From the IMG/VR virus record IMGVR_UViG_3300011439_000036, positions 1 through 31,430 of that record: a stretch of DNA of 31,430 nt. The stretch is one strand, 5' to 3'. The position numbers were made by a program, and so were the translations under genes. Below, piece after piece: positions 17,314 through 26,616 of the stretch. The notes beneath the pieces are model-generated. The model searched no databases, was not told the DNA's origin, and worked only from the letters and a program-made list of their open reading frames with translations. Source of the stretch: a virus (Duplodnaviria > Caudoviricetes). How positions within the stretch are numbered: position 1 is the stretch's first letter; each line of letters starts with the position of its first letter.

Positions 17314-18120
17314 ATGCCGCACATTATCTTAGGAGCACCAGGCGCGGTTGAGCAACCGAAACGATACCGGGGTGATACACAGAACCCGGATACAATCGTC
17401 CGTTCATGGAAAGGGCCAAAGGAAGCAATCCTTAACCTGATACGACAAGCCAAAGTTGGAAGATACACATGGCGGGTTGAGGAGGGTCCGGGACCGTTAG
17501 CCACAATCGAAATGGAGGTTCCAATTTCGGCCGGGGGTGGAGGTGGCGAGGAAGAGGTGCCGGTTGATACATGGGAATTGTTGCCTGGTATTGTGGAGAA
17601 AGACTTGCTGGACTCGGATAATGTAGCCGTGGCCAACCTAACAATAGCTCAGCGAGACCAACTCCGGGACATAATCCACAATGGCAAGCCCGAGTCGCCA
17701 TCGTGGGCGTTTTCTGGGTCAACCATTACCGATGCCGGCCAGATTTACGCTCTGATGTCTAATGGGGTCCGTTCTGCTATCCAGTTTGCGCCAGTGATGC
17801 GCCGGACCAGGGCTGTATCCAATGCTTACGCCACGAAGCAAGCAAATACTAATGTGCGAAGAATACTAAGCACAGAGACGCTTGTGGATGACGAGGCTGT
17901 GCCGGGTTCGTTCCTGATTACCCTGGACAGTTCTCCTTACACGGATCAAATCTCTGGTGCCGAAGCCACGCTAAGGGCATCTCGTGGCCAACCGCCAATT
18001 CAGTTTGGGTGGTTAAAACATTCCCCGACACTTCAACAGGCCGCATTTAGTCGGCTGCACATAACCCAGGAATGGCATTTCGGACTGTGGTCCACGGTTC
18101 TTTATGACGAGGTTTTATGA
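17314..18120 (+). CDS. Tail tip/minor tail protein
   Basis: Position after TMP only. Confidence 0.55.
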   Translation: MPHIILGAPGAVEQPKRYRGDTQNPDTIVRSWKGPKEAILNLIRQAKVGRYTWRVEEGPGPLATIEMEVPISAGGGGGEEEVPVDTWELLPGIVEKDLLDSDNVAVANLTIAQRDQLRDIIHNGKPESPSWAFSGSTITDAGQIYALMSNGVRSAIQFAPVMRRTRAVSNAYATKQANTNVRRILSTETLVDDEAVPGSFLITLDSSPYTDQISGAEATLRASRGQPPIQFGWLKHSPTLQQAAFSRLHITQEWHFGLWSTVLYDEVL

Positions 18121-18653
18121 GGTACCCAATTGAACCCACTGGGCAAGGGTTGTTTGTTCAATGGTGCCGCAACCTGTTGTGGGCGGCCAAGTCCAAACAG
18201 ATCCTTCAGGGGCGCGGATATAGAATCAGAGAAACCCCAGACGGAACATTTTTGGAACTGATTCCCGGGGGCGGGAGTGGGGCGATTGTGTCCATGTATA
18301 AATTCGTTTCGATGGATTCAGAACATATTGTCTGTCACACATGGGATGGGGAGACCGAGGGAACAGACCCGGTGCGAATCGCTAAGCCGTGGAACCTGCG
18401 CCATTCCATTGTAAGCCAAACGATTGACGGGGTAGCGGTAACGTTCAGCGCATACAGCACATCAGCACAAACCAGGCTGGCAACGTCTGGCGGCGAGTCG
18501 GAAACCCAAGTAATGGTTCCGAGGTATCTCACCACAAGCCGAATCTGGGCGGTAACGGCACCAACCGATGTGGACCTTGGGACCGAGGAAGAACCGGACG
18601 TGTTGACCTTGCTGGACCTGAACATTGACGGCCGCGCTTACAGCGCAGTATGA
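18117..18653 (+). CDS. Minor tail protein, putative
   Basis: Position; 'GRGYRIRETPDGT.L'. Confidence 0.5.
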   Translation: MRYPIEPTGQGLFVQWCRNLLWAAKSKQILQGRGYRIRETPDGTFLELIPGGGSGAIVSMYKFVSMDSEHIVCHTWDGETEGTDPVRIAKPWNLRHSIVSQTIDGVAVTFSAYSTSAQTRLATSGGESETQVMVPRYLTTSRIWAVTAPTDVDLGTEEEPDVLTLLDLNIDGRAYSAV

Positions 18654-19852
18654 GCACGGGGCGCAACGCCTTTAATCAGTCGCCAAAGTACGCCTTTACT
18701 CAATCGCCGCACTTTGCGCGGGGATTGAGTTCACCCCCACCAGAGATTGAGATACAGATGTTATTGCAGACCAAGCAATGGCCGGGGCTTGGGTCTGGGG
18801 TTGTGCTTGGAAACAATCCATCGTTCAGATCCCCCGGTTATCCTGACGTGCCCCCCACCGCGGATTGGAGGCTGAAGGTTCGAAGGCGGTTTAGGGATTT
18901 GAGAAGCACGTGGACACATGGGGCGGTGTCTTATGAGGGCATTCACTCATATGCTGGCCCGGGAGATGTGCCGATGATCCAAGGGTTTCCACTGGAGATT
19001 CATGGCGACCCATCTGTGCTATCTGGGGAAAATCCTTTTCCGGCATTCCCCAACCCGGGACCATTCAATCAAGATTGGGATACAGAAGTCCCAGAGTTCT
19101 TTTTCGATTGGATTGAAGCTTACTGGACTGAACACGACCCCGCATTGATTCATGCTGACCAGTCTAGGAACTGGTTCCTAAGCACCAATGGCGAATATGA
19201 CTTCTTTACAGAGTTTTCATGGTTAAGAGAGCGGATTATACAACGGCCATATCCCACATTCGAAGTCGGGGTCTTTCCCGAGCGGTTCAATGAGTACAAC
19301 AACCTACTAGACATTGGTTCAAAAGACCCGGTTGATTATGACCGCAGCCCAGTAGCTTTGCCGCGGCGGAATGAGTTCGTGGATTTTATTCCGCCATTTG
19401 GTGCCCCGGCACACCCGGAGAATTTTTTTGATGTTCTGGCTTCCTGGTGGGTATATTTGTCTGAGGATTACAAGGGTGGAACGTTTGCAATTTCAGATGC
19501 TTTGTTTACACTGAACCAGCCTATCCGCGCTGTCAAAACCCGGTTCCGAACACCGCGCACAACGTCCTATTTCATTGCTGAAGGGATGCTTTTCAACTCT
19601 GGCGGTGCGGTCAATTTCTACCCACATATCGAGCATGATGTTATTCACGGGGCATCGGTTGTCGAACAAGGCACATTAACAGCCGGTCAGATAAAGGACG
19701 TTGGCTTTTATAAGACTGGGGCCGATGGGTATTATGGCGAGGAGGACTTTGCTCAGATCCGAGGCGGGATAGCTTGCGGTGGTATCCGGTTTTGTATCCT
19801 TGGAGAAACCCCAGCCCAATACACAGCCAGGACGGGGCTTGTTTTAGGTTAG
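18650..19852 (+). CDS. Minor tail protein, putative (Pro/aromatic-rich)
   Basis: 400 aa ORF coupled to the tail operon. Confidence 0.5.
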   Translation: MSTGRNAFNQSPKYAFTQSPHFARGLSSPPPEIEIQMLLQTKQWPGLGSGVVLGNNPSFRSPGYPDVPPTADWRLKVRRRFRDLRSTWTHGAVSYEGIHSYAGPGDVPMIQGFPLEIHGDPSVLSGENPFPAFPNPGPFNQDWDTEVPEFFFDWIEAYWTEHDPALIHADQSRNWFLSTNGEYDFFTEFSWLRERIIQRPYPTFEVGVFPERFNEYNNLLDIGSKDPVDYDRSPVALPRRNEFVDFIPPFGAPAHPENFFDVLASWWVYLSEDYKGGTFAISDALFTLNQPIRAVKTRFRTPRTTSYFIAEGMLFNSGGAVNFYPHIEHDVIHGASVVEQGTLTAGQIKDVGFYKTGADGYYGEEDFAQIRGGIACGGIRFCILGETPAQYTARTGLVLG

Positions 19853-19855
19853 CCC

Positions 19856-19878
19856 GTTGACGGGTGGCCCATTGAGGA
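19856..19878 (+). promoter_or_regulatory. GTTGAC-N17-ATG motif, copy 6
   Basis: GTTGAC GGGTGGCCCATTGAGGA ATG fills the intergenic gap. Confidence 0.7.
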
Positions 19879-20502
19879 ATGGGCTTACTCAAGCTTGCCA
19901 TTAATCGGCAGAGCAAATCGTTGGTGGACTTTGAGGGGACCGCCGTATCAATTCCTGCGCTTTTCCAAGGCGACACTCAGCCGTTTGAAATCTCCATTTT
20001 AGACCCGACTGGTCAGTTGCAAAACCCATACGCCAAGGTTGATGTCGGTTCCTTAACCCTTCGTGTGTCTGTTGGGCAGACCCCGACCGGAACAGCCGGT
20101 GGCCCGACCCCATTAGCCCTGCAAACCACTTGGACGTGGGATTCCACCAATCAACAGTTTGAAGGGGAGATAGCTTTAAACACGGCAGGGATTACTTCGT
20201 TTATCGGGACGGCTTCGGAACGAACAGCGTATTTCGAGGTCAAGCTGGATGATGGTGGCGAGTTGGACACGGTTCTGCAACTCCAATTCACCCTGAAAGC
20301 CGTGGTGGATGAGAACGCAACCGAAGCCCCAGCCCTTACCGAGACATTCCTAACCTTTGCCCAGTCCGATGCGCGGTATGTCAAGTTCGCAAACAATACG
20401 AACGGGGCCACGATCAGATTGAGAAGTCCGAACGGAACATACGAATTGGAGTTGGGCTGCAACGACGATGGGTCGGTGAAGATGGACGTAATCACGTTAT
20501 GA
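19879..20502 (+). CDS. BppU-like baseplate/fibre adaptor
   Basis: 'QGDT' N-terminal motif, 'AYFEV', 'AQSDARYV', C-terminal 'LRSPNGT..L...DDG'; no signal peptide. Confidence 0.6.
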   Translation: MGLLKLAINRQSKSLVDFEGTAVSIPALFQGDTQPFEISILDPTGQLQNPYAKVDVGSLTLRVSVGQTPTGTAGGPTPLALQTTWTWDSTNQQFEGEIALNTAGITSFIGTASERTAYFEVKLDDGGELDTVLQLQFTLKAVVDENATEAPALTETFLTFAQSDARYVKFANNTNGATIRLRSPNGTYELELGCNDDGSVKMDVITL

Positions 20503-21908
20503 GAATTCTTTTGGTATTACTTCTGTTCCTGTCTTTATCTGCGAATGCCGCCATTCGAATCACGGCAAGTTTATCCATCACCAACGGGACCACGAACGGC
20601 CAGACCATTGTCATCAATGGAAGTACCCGGACCTGGACCAATTCGGTTTTTGTCCCGTTAACTCAGGTTCTCACCAACAGCACGGCAGCCGGGGCCAAGA
20701 CGAATCTATATTCCCATTTCGGTTCATCCCCGATTGCTTCGGTGGCAATCAGCGACGCGGGTTCAACCAACTTCAATTTTATCGGTCAATGCGGTTCATT
20801 CCTGACCGTTACACCCTCGGCTGGGTGGGCCACGGTCTCATACAGCACCCAGCAATGTACAACCCTTGTTGGTGTACGCGTGCCAGTCAGTGGTGAACCT
20901 GCTTCGGCGCAGCAGACCAATATCGCTTCTGGGTTGGTTCATGCCTTTAACATGAATGTTGTCACCCAGGCTTTATTTGAAAGCTCCACATCTGTATCGA
21001 ACCTAGTTGGCCGGACCAATGCGCAATCCATTTCCGGGAACAAGACGTTCACGGGGACCAACATCTATTCCAACTCATTTTCGATTTTCTATAACGGAAC
21101 GGTTTCGAATGCAACAGACATAAGCGGGAACTTGGGCACTGTTACAAATGGTTCGTGGCGAAACCCAAAGATGATAGGAGACACTTCAATCACCAATGGG
21201 GTTCTGGCGATCACCAACGGGACGCAGGCATACGTTGAGCTTTCCCCGAATCAGGGAAGTGTTGTGTGGCGACTCATCGGGCTTACTACTGGTCTTACTA
21301 TAGGCCAAATCGGCACTGGTAATTGGCTTAGCCTGCTTACAAATGGATCGACAATAGTGTCCGCGGTGGCGTCCAGCCAGCCTGCGTTTATTGTTCAAGC
21401 AGCTGGCACTACTGCAACCAATCTGGTTGAGATTCAAGGCCCGGGGCAGAACATTGTTTTCTCGGTTAACACCAACGGAAACGCATACCTTTCAGGAAGC
21501 CTGTATGTTGTTGGGTCTATCACGAATGTTACCACACGCGGAACGAACAATTTCCCAGCCGGCTCAGACATAGCTTTCGGTAGGTACGCTAATGCGTCCT
21601 TGGCTTCGGGGAACAATTCTGGGGTGATTGTCGGAACAAACGTTTATATGGAAGTGTCCGGCCCTGGAGCGGCGTTCTCGATTCACGGCATCACTGGCAG
21701 CCCCAACCGAGACGGAAAGCTAATCATTATCGACAACAACACAGGCTTTGACATGACCATCGCTCATCAATCCGGGACAGACCCAGTTGCCGGAAACCGA
21801 ATCATCTCGAACACCGGAGCGGACAGAACCACGACCGGGAACGGTTCGGCAATCCTGATTTATAACGGAACAACTTCGCGCTGGAAACTTGTCCATTTCG
21901 ACCCATGA
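20499..21908 (+). CDS. Tail-fibre-like protein with a predicted Sec signal peptide
   Basis: N-terminus MRILLVLLLFLSLSANA|A; fibre motif 'AQSISGNKTFTG'; C-terminal '..AILIYNGTTSRW'. Confidence 0.75.
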   Translation: MRILLVLLLFLSLSANAAIRITASLSITNGTTNGQTIVINGSTRTWTNSVFVPLTQVLTNSTAAGAKTNLYSHFGSSPIASVAISDAGSTNFNFIGQCGSFLTVTPSAGWATVSYSTQQCTTLVGVRVPVSGEPASAQQTNIASGLVHAFNMNVVTQALFESSTSVSNLVGRTNAQSISGNKTFTGTNIYSNSFSIFYNGTVSNATDISGNLGTVTNGSWRNPKMIGDTSITNGVLAITNGTQAYVELSPNQGSVVWRLIGLTTGLTIGQIGTGNWLSLLTNGSTIVSAVASSQPAFIVQAAGTTATNLVEIQGPGQNIVFSVNTNGNAYLSGSLYVVGSITNVTTRGTNNFPAGSDIAFGRYANASLASGNNSGVIVGTNVYMEVSGPGAAFSIHGITGSPNRDGKLIIIDNNTGFDMTIAHQSGTDPVAGNRIISNTGADRTTTGNGSAILIYNGTTSRWKLVHFDP

Positions 21909-24427
21909 GAATACTTCTCGCCTTAATTCTCCTGTCCTTACCCGCTCAAGCGGCTCATGTAATATTCAATTTCGAAGATTACACCACTGAACCGCATTGG
22001 GTGCGTAGGTTCGTGCTGTATCCCGTGGGCCAGTTCACCAACGGTGCGGGAGCGATGATTACCCGGGATTGGGTCTCAAGGAACACCGGGACCAACGGGA
22101 GCACAACCATTTCTAATGTGTACGGCTGGACCTATCGAGGAGAGTTCTACGGGCGCAACATTGTCACGACCAATTATTTTACTTTCCCGGTTACAAACGG
22201 ATTAATCAATGCCAGCCATTATGTAGGGTCTGCCACGAATCAGCCCGGACTTGGCTACACCATGCAAGGGGCAGACTTGCGGTTTGTGAATGTGACTGGG
22301 GACGGCATGACAGCGGGCGGGCTTACAAACAACTCTGACGGGTTCTGGTATAACGGTGAACTAATCACGGCTGGGGGTGCGAGCACCACTAACAGTTTGC
22401 GGGTTTACGTGGACCCGAGCGGATCAGATTCCACTGGAACAAGGGGGCTGAGGTCTAAAGCATTCAGGACATTGGCTGGGGCGATTACCGTCGTGCAGTC
22501 CGGCGACACGGTTCAGGTATCAGCCGGAACTTATGTCGGGACCAACCTTTCAGTTAACGGTGTCACATGGATCTTTGACCAAAACTCAATCATCAACACG
22601 ACAAATCGGGTTGTGTTTTATGACCAGGGAGTAGCCTGCACAAATTATGTTCGTGGTGGGCGCTGGTATCACAATGGGTCTGCATTCGCGTTTGCAGACA
22701 TTAGCGCACAATCCCTATTGGTAATCGACTGTGAACAAATCGAATCTACATCCACATCGGGCATGTTCGTCCTGGCTGATGGCCATGTGTTTGTTCGGGC
22801 CAGTCGTTTCCTTAACGCATCAGAATATGACATTGTTAGCCCCGGTATTGGCGACTGGGATTCACTCTATATTGAGTCTCCGCTGATCCGGGCTAAAGAT
22901 AGCATTCTTGAGACGGGCGCGGCCGGGATTACTCACTTGATAGCGATGCGGGCTGAATCTCAAGGGGAACAGAACTGGGTCATGTTCTGCAATAGCAACA
23001 CCGTGGCGCAAGTTGGTGAACTCGTAATGACCAGCGGCAAACTCGGCGGGAACGGTGGCATCATCGACGCTGACACGATCACCAGCTATTCAACGAACAC
23101 ATTCGGGATTCAATCCGGCCTGTGCAGTTCATACGGTGTGCTCACGATTAAGAACGCCCGAATCAATTTATCGACCAATTCTTTCGGCCTGCTGAATTGT
23201 GCGAGTGCACATTACGTTTTTCAAAACTGCGATATTGTTTCAACCCACGCCACGCCGTTTGGGCTTGCTGGCTCGACGGTGACATACCTGGCAACCCGGA
23301 CGAATGGGGTCTTAGCATCTACTGCGGAGTTTAGCGGAACCGAGATCCAGCTAAATGGGGACAGCGGGGCTGATCCTATTCTAACAATCAACGACACGGA
23401 CGAGACTTTTGCCGCGGGGGCGAAAGTAATCAGTCTTGTGAATGGGCTGCTCGGCGAGGTGCTCTCGGTTAGTTCGGCGGGCGAGGTCGTTAACGTGGGT
23501 GGGTTCACAAGCTCAGATGATTTCACGGCGACCACTGGTGGCACATTCATTGGGAGCGGGGGTGGGTTAAGCAATGCCGTGGACCTGATTCCTGGTAGCA
23601 ATGTCACAATCACGACCAACGCGAACAAGAGGAGCTTCACTATAGCATCAACTGGGGGTGGGGGTTCGCCCGGCGGTAGCGATAGCTATGTGCAGTATAA
23701 CAACGGCGGAGCATTCGGCGGTGAAGCTACTTTCGCTTGGGACGATGTAAACGATCTGCTCACGGTGACTGGCGGAGGGATTAATAGCGGAATAGTCACC
23801 GACAAAATCCTGCAAGGGAATCACATCACCAGCACGACCGATGTTATTGCTGGCGCTGACGTGGCTGCTACAGGAACCGTGAGTGGTGCGGATGTTACAT
23901 CATCAGACGATACAACGGTCGGTGATGCGCTGACCGTGGGTGGGGCACAAACCAATACAGCCCTTGCCGGGTCCGGGGTGCGTTATGTCCAGGTGCTTTC
24001 TGATGGAGCCTTTCGGGCGGTGAACGCTACCAATGCCGTTGGGGCTTCGGGCATGACCACGAACTATAATGGGCTGCAATTCTCCAATGGGTCTTTAACG
24101 AATGTGACCGTGAAGATTTACCGGGCGTTGATAACTCAGTCTGGTGTTGGCGCACCATCTGCCACTGTGCTGGAAAACACCCTTGGTGGTACAGTGGTCT
24201 GGGCGTATTCGGACGTGGGCAGATACACAGCCACGCTATCCTCTGCTTTCACGGCAAATAAAACATTTCTCTTGTTAAGCCTTGCTTCGACCGGCGAGTC
24301 GCCATCGAAGGCGCACGCCCTGCACACATCCGCCGATGTAATATCGGTGAATAGTGGGGACGGTGGGAACTATGCTGACGACCTTATCCCAGCGGGTTCC
24401 TGTATCCAAATCCTGGTGTACCCATGA
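21905..24427 (+). CDS. Tail fibre/spike-like protein (beta-helix region) with a predicted Sec signal peptide
   Basis: N-terminus MRILLALILLSLPAQA|A; 'ADLRFVNVTGD', 'VYVDPSGSD..G....AFRTL..AI', 'PGSNVTIT', 'PGGSDSYVQYNNGGAFGG', 'YRALITQSG..AP.ATVLENTLG'. Confidence 0.8.
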   Translation: MRILLALILLSLPAQAAHVIFNFEDYTTEPHWVRRFVLYPVGQFTNGAGAMITRDWVSRNTGTNGSTTISNVYGWTYRGEFYGRNIVTTNYFTFPVTNGLINASHYVGSATNQPGLGYTMQGADLRFVNVTGDGMTAGGLTNNSDGFWYNGELITAGGASTTNSLRVYVDPSGSDSTGTRGLRSKAFRTLAGAITVVQSGDTVQVSAGTYVGTNLSVNGVTWIFDQNSIINTTNRVVFYDQGVACTNYVRGGRWYHNGSAFAFADISAQSLLVIDCEQIESTSTSGMFVLADGHVFVRASRFLNASEYDIVSPGIGDWDSLYIESPLIRAKDSILETGAAGITHLIAMRAESQGEQNWVMFCNSNTVAQVGELVMTSGKLGGNGGIIDADTITSYSTNTFGIQSGLCSSYGVLTIKNARINLSTNSFGLLNCASAHYVFQNCDIVSTHATPFGLAGSTVTYLATRTNGVLASTAEFSGTEIQLNGDSGADPILTINDTDETFAAGAKVISLVNGLLGEVLSVSSAGEVVNVGGFTSSDDFTATTGGTFIGSGGGLSNAVDLIPGSNVTITTNANKRSFTIASTGGGGSPGGSDSYVQYNNGGAFGGEATFAWDDVNDLLTVTGGGINSGIVTDKILQGNHITSTTDVIAGADVAATGTVSGADVTSSDDTTVGDALTVGGAQTNTALAGSGVRYVQVLSDGAFRAVNATNAVGASGMTTNYNGLQFSNGSLTNVTVKIYRALITQSGVGAPSATVLENTLGGTVVWAYSDVGRYTATLSSAFTANKTFLLLSLASTGESPSKAHALHTSADVISVNSGDGGNYADDLIPAGSCIQILVYP

Positions 24428-24603
24428 GTGAACGCGTAAAGGATTTTATCGCCACAGCAGCCGCTACAAGCCCGTGGATTGCTACCGGGGTAAGCCTGGC
24501 TGCGGTTGAGCAGTGGCTAAGGATTGCGTCTCTGTGCGTGGGTATTTGCGGCGGGGTCTGCGCGATCATTTATTACCTAATCAAAATCCAAAAGGACGAA
24601 TGA
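24424..24603 (+). CDS. Small membrane protein, holin-like, 59 aa (not in the ORF track)
   Basis: MSERVKDF...WLRIASLCVGICGGVCAIIYYLIKIQKDE; ATGA overlaps. Confidence 0.65.
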   Translation: MSERVKDFIATAAATSPWIATGVSLAAVEQWLRIASLCVGICGGVCAIIYYLIKIQKDE

Positions 24604-24878
24604 GCATTTTCACAAACGGTAACGCACGGATCACGAAGCTAATCCTATTGCAGCTCGCGGCCGGTGTGGTGGTCATGGTCCTGACCCAGGTTCTAGCAAA
24701 TTTACCCGCACAGGATTGGCTCTCGCCCAAGGCTCTAAAGGTGACTTCATTCGTGCTCGGAACAGTCCTGACCGCAATTAAAGGGGGCGAAATGTTCTTT
24801 AGCAAGACTGTCGCGTTGTTCAAAGGAAAAGACCCGGAAACCGTTAGCGGAAACACAGAAACCATAACTAAACCATGA
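24600..24878 (+). CDS. Two-TM membrane protein, holin-like
   Basis: Two hydrophobic segments and a charged C-terminus. Confidence 0.6.
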   Translation: MSIFTNGNARITKLILLQLAAGVVVMVLTQVLANLPAQDWLSPKALKVTSFVLGTVLTAIKGGEMFFSKTVALFKGKDPETVSGNTETITKP

Positions 24879-25243
24879 AAAAACTCATATCACTATTACT
24901 GGCCGCAGTCTCGGTGGTCTTGATTACAGGATGCGCCAATGTGGGAAAGTCTCTAGCCACAACCGCCGTTACCGTAGATTCAGCCATGCAGGGATGGGCA
25001 ACATACGTTGCTCTTGGAAACGCCACCGAAGAGCAAGAGGCGCAAGTGAAAACGGCCTATGCTAAGTACCAAGCATCCATGCGGATTGCCCGGGATGCTT
25101 ACGTGGCGGCCGCCACTGCCGGGAATAAAGACCTTTACACATCAGCCGCGGAAGTGCTCGAAGCGAACCAATTCGCGCTGTTGAGTATGCTTTCATTTTT
25201 CCAAACCGCACAAACAACCCCACAAGTGAAGGTGAACCAATGA
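24875..25243 (+). CDS. Lipoprotein (possibly spanin-like)
   Basis: MKKLISLLLAAVSVVLITG|C lipobox; helical mature region. Confidence 0.75.
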   Translation: MKKLISLLLAAVSVVLITGCANVGKSLATTAVTVDSAMQGWATYVALGNATEEQEAQVKTAYAKYQASMRIARDAYVAAATAGNKDLYTSAAEVLEANQFALLSMLSFFQTAQTTPQVKVNQ

Positions 25244-25431
25244 GTGGAGCAATCATCGCACAATTAATAATCGCACTCGGCCCGGTGGCGCTTCAATACG
25301 CCCCTAAGCTTGCCGAGATCTGGAACAAGGACTTGACGGTTGAAGAGGTGAAAACCTTCTGCAACTTGGCCGAGAAGTCTTACGACCAATACATCACTGA
25401 AGCCAAGGCGAGACTGAACCCCCCGGTGTGA
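25240..25431 (+). CDS. Hypothetical protein with hydrophobic N-terminus
   Basis: 63 aa, coupled to the lipoprotein gene. Confidence 0.6.
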   Translation: MSGAIIAQLIIALGPVALQYAPKLAEIWNKDLTVEEVKTFCNLAEKSYDQYITEAKARLNPPV

Positions 25432-25745
25432 CCAACCCCGTCATACTCGCATTAACCATCACGAACATTGTGGCGTGTGATGGTTCGGTGACATGGTTCA
25501 CACCAACTGGGAAAACCAACGGGATGGGATTGCATTGTTGTTATCAAGCCACGCTGAGTTGGACCACGGAGACAAACGTAAACTATTACGTGTTGTGCAA
25601 AGCCTTCGATGATGTCTCGCAGCAGTTCGGCGCGTGGAACTATGTGAGCAAGGGTATCCCTGGGACGGGTCAAGCAGTGACGTATTCCACGGGAACACCT
25701 GAACCAGTGTTTGCATTGTTCGCAATCGAAGCGAGGCAACAATGA
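25428..25745 (+). CDS. Small beta-rich hypothetical protein
   Basis: GTGA overlap; 'LSW.....Y.V.........W..V...IPGTG....Y'. Confidence 0.6.
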   Translation: MTNPVILALTITNIVACDGSVTWFTPTGKTNGMGLHCCYQATLSWTTETNVNYYVLCKAFDDVSQQFGAWNYVSKGIPGTGQAVTYSTGTPEPVFALFAIEARQQ

Positions 25746-25912
25746 TTATGACAGAAAAGATTCGACTCAACGCCGCTCGGTTTTTGCTTTGGTTCATTTT
25801 CAACGGACTGCAAGTGACGGTCTGCTCTAAGACCATCGTTGGCAGTACTGAGGGTTGGGTGATCATGAAGGATTATCAGAAGGATGACTTGGATTTCCTA
25901 ACAACTGGCTAA
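25742..25912 (+). CDS. Hypothetical protein, 56 aa (not in the ORF track)
   Basis: Fills the gap exactly, with an ATGA overlap. Confidence 0.45.
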   Translation: MIMTEKIRLNAARFLLWFIFNGLQVTVCSKTIVGSTEGWVIMKDYQKDDLDFLTTG

Positions 25913-25914
25913 GT

Positions 25915-26616
25915 ATGATTCAAGCCCGACGCAGGAAGCGGGTTCCCATCCCGGACATATACACGGATTCATTCACGAGCCGAACCGATGGATGGTCAGA
26001 GAACTTTGATTTTCAGCATCACACCCTTACCTGGGATTATCTGCAAAGGAACGACCCGCCAAGCGTGCTTTTATCTGACTGGTCAAGTCCGGTCTCGGGT
26101 TATGCCGCTTCGATTAGCCGGCAGTTGAACGGGCCACATCCAACAGCCCATGTGACGTATCGATTCAAGGTGGACAAATACCCGGCCAGGATCGTGGAAG
26201 TGTGTGATCTATACGATTCAACCTTTGTCCATGAAATCTGCAATTGTTACCTGTTCCCGAATGGCAACCTGACCCTGTTCGGCGGCCCGGATTCAATTCT
26301 TAAACCCATCGAAAATCCAGTTCCTTTAAACACCTGGATTCGAGTTTGGCAAACGTTCAAGACCGTGAACGGACCCGGCACACCGAGTCTCATGTGGCTA
26401 TCCTGGGCATTGGATGGCCAACCTGAACCGACCAGCGGCAACTATGTAACGACCGTGGGCACGTTCCCCGGCGGCGTGGCTAAGCTTCTGTTCGGCCCAC
26501 TCGGCGATGTGGGTGCCCCAACCGGGTCCAAGTTCTGGTACGGTGGCCTGGCCATATCCTCTTTTCCCCTGACCATTCACCGAACTGTGCGCGAGCCAGA
26601 TGCAGAACATTCGTGA
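25915..26616 (+). CDS. Hypothetical protein, possible ConA/LamG-like beta-sandwich
   Basis: 'PVPLNTWIRV', 'LDG' and beta-strand periodicity. Confidence 0.5.
   Translation: MIQARRRKRVPIPDIYTDSFTSRTDGWSENFDFQHHTLTWDYLQRNDPPSVLLSDWSSPVSGYAASISRQLNGPHPTAHVTYRFKVDKYPARIVEVCDLYDSTFVHEICNCYLFPNGNLTLFGGPDSILKPIENPVPLNTWIRVWQTFKTVNGPGTPSLMWLSWALDGQPEPTSGNYVTTVGTFPGGVAKLLFGPLGDVGAPTGSKFWYGGLAISSFPLTIHRTVREPDAEHS

Noticed and set aside
10443-18649. Other GTTGAC/TTGAC hits (10443, 13926, 16505, ~17718, ~18602, 18625)
   Set aside because: Inside coding regions and without a start codon at 16-17 nt; 18625 is ATTGAC-N20 before an already coupled ATG
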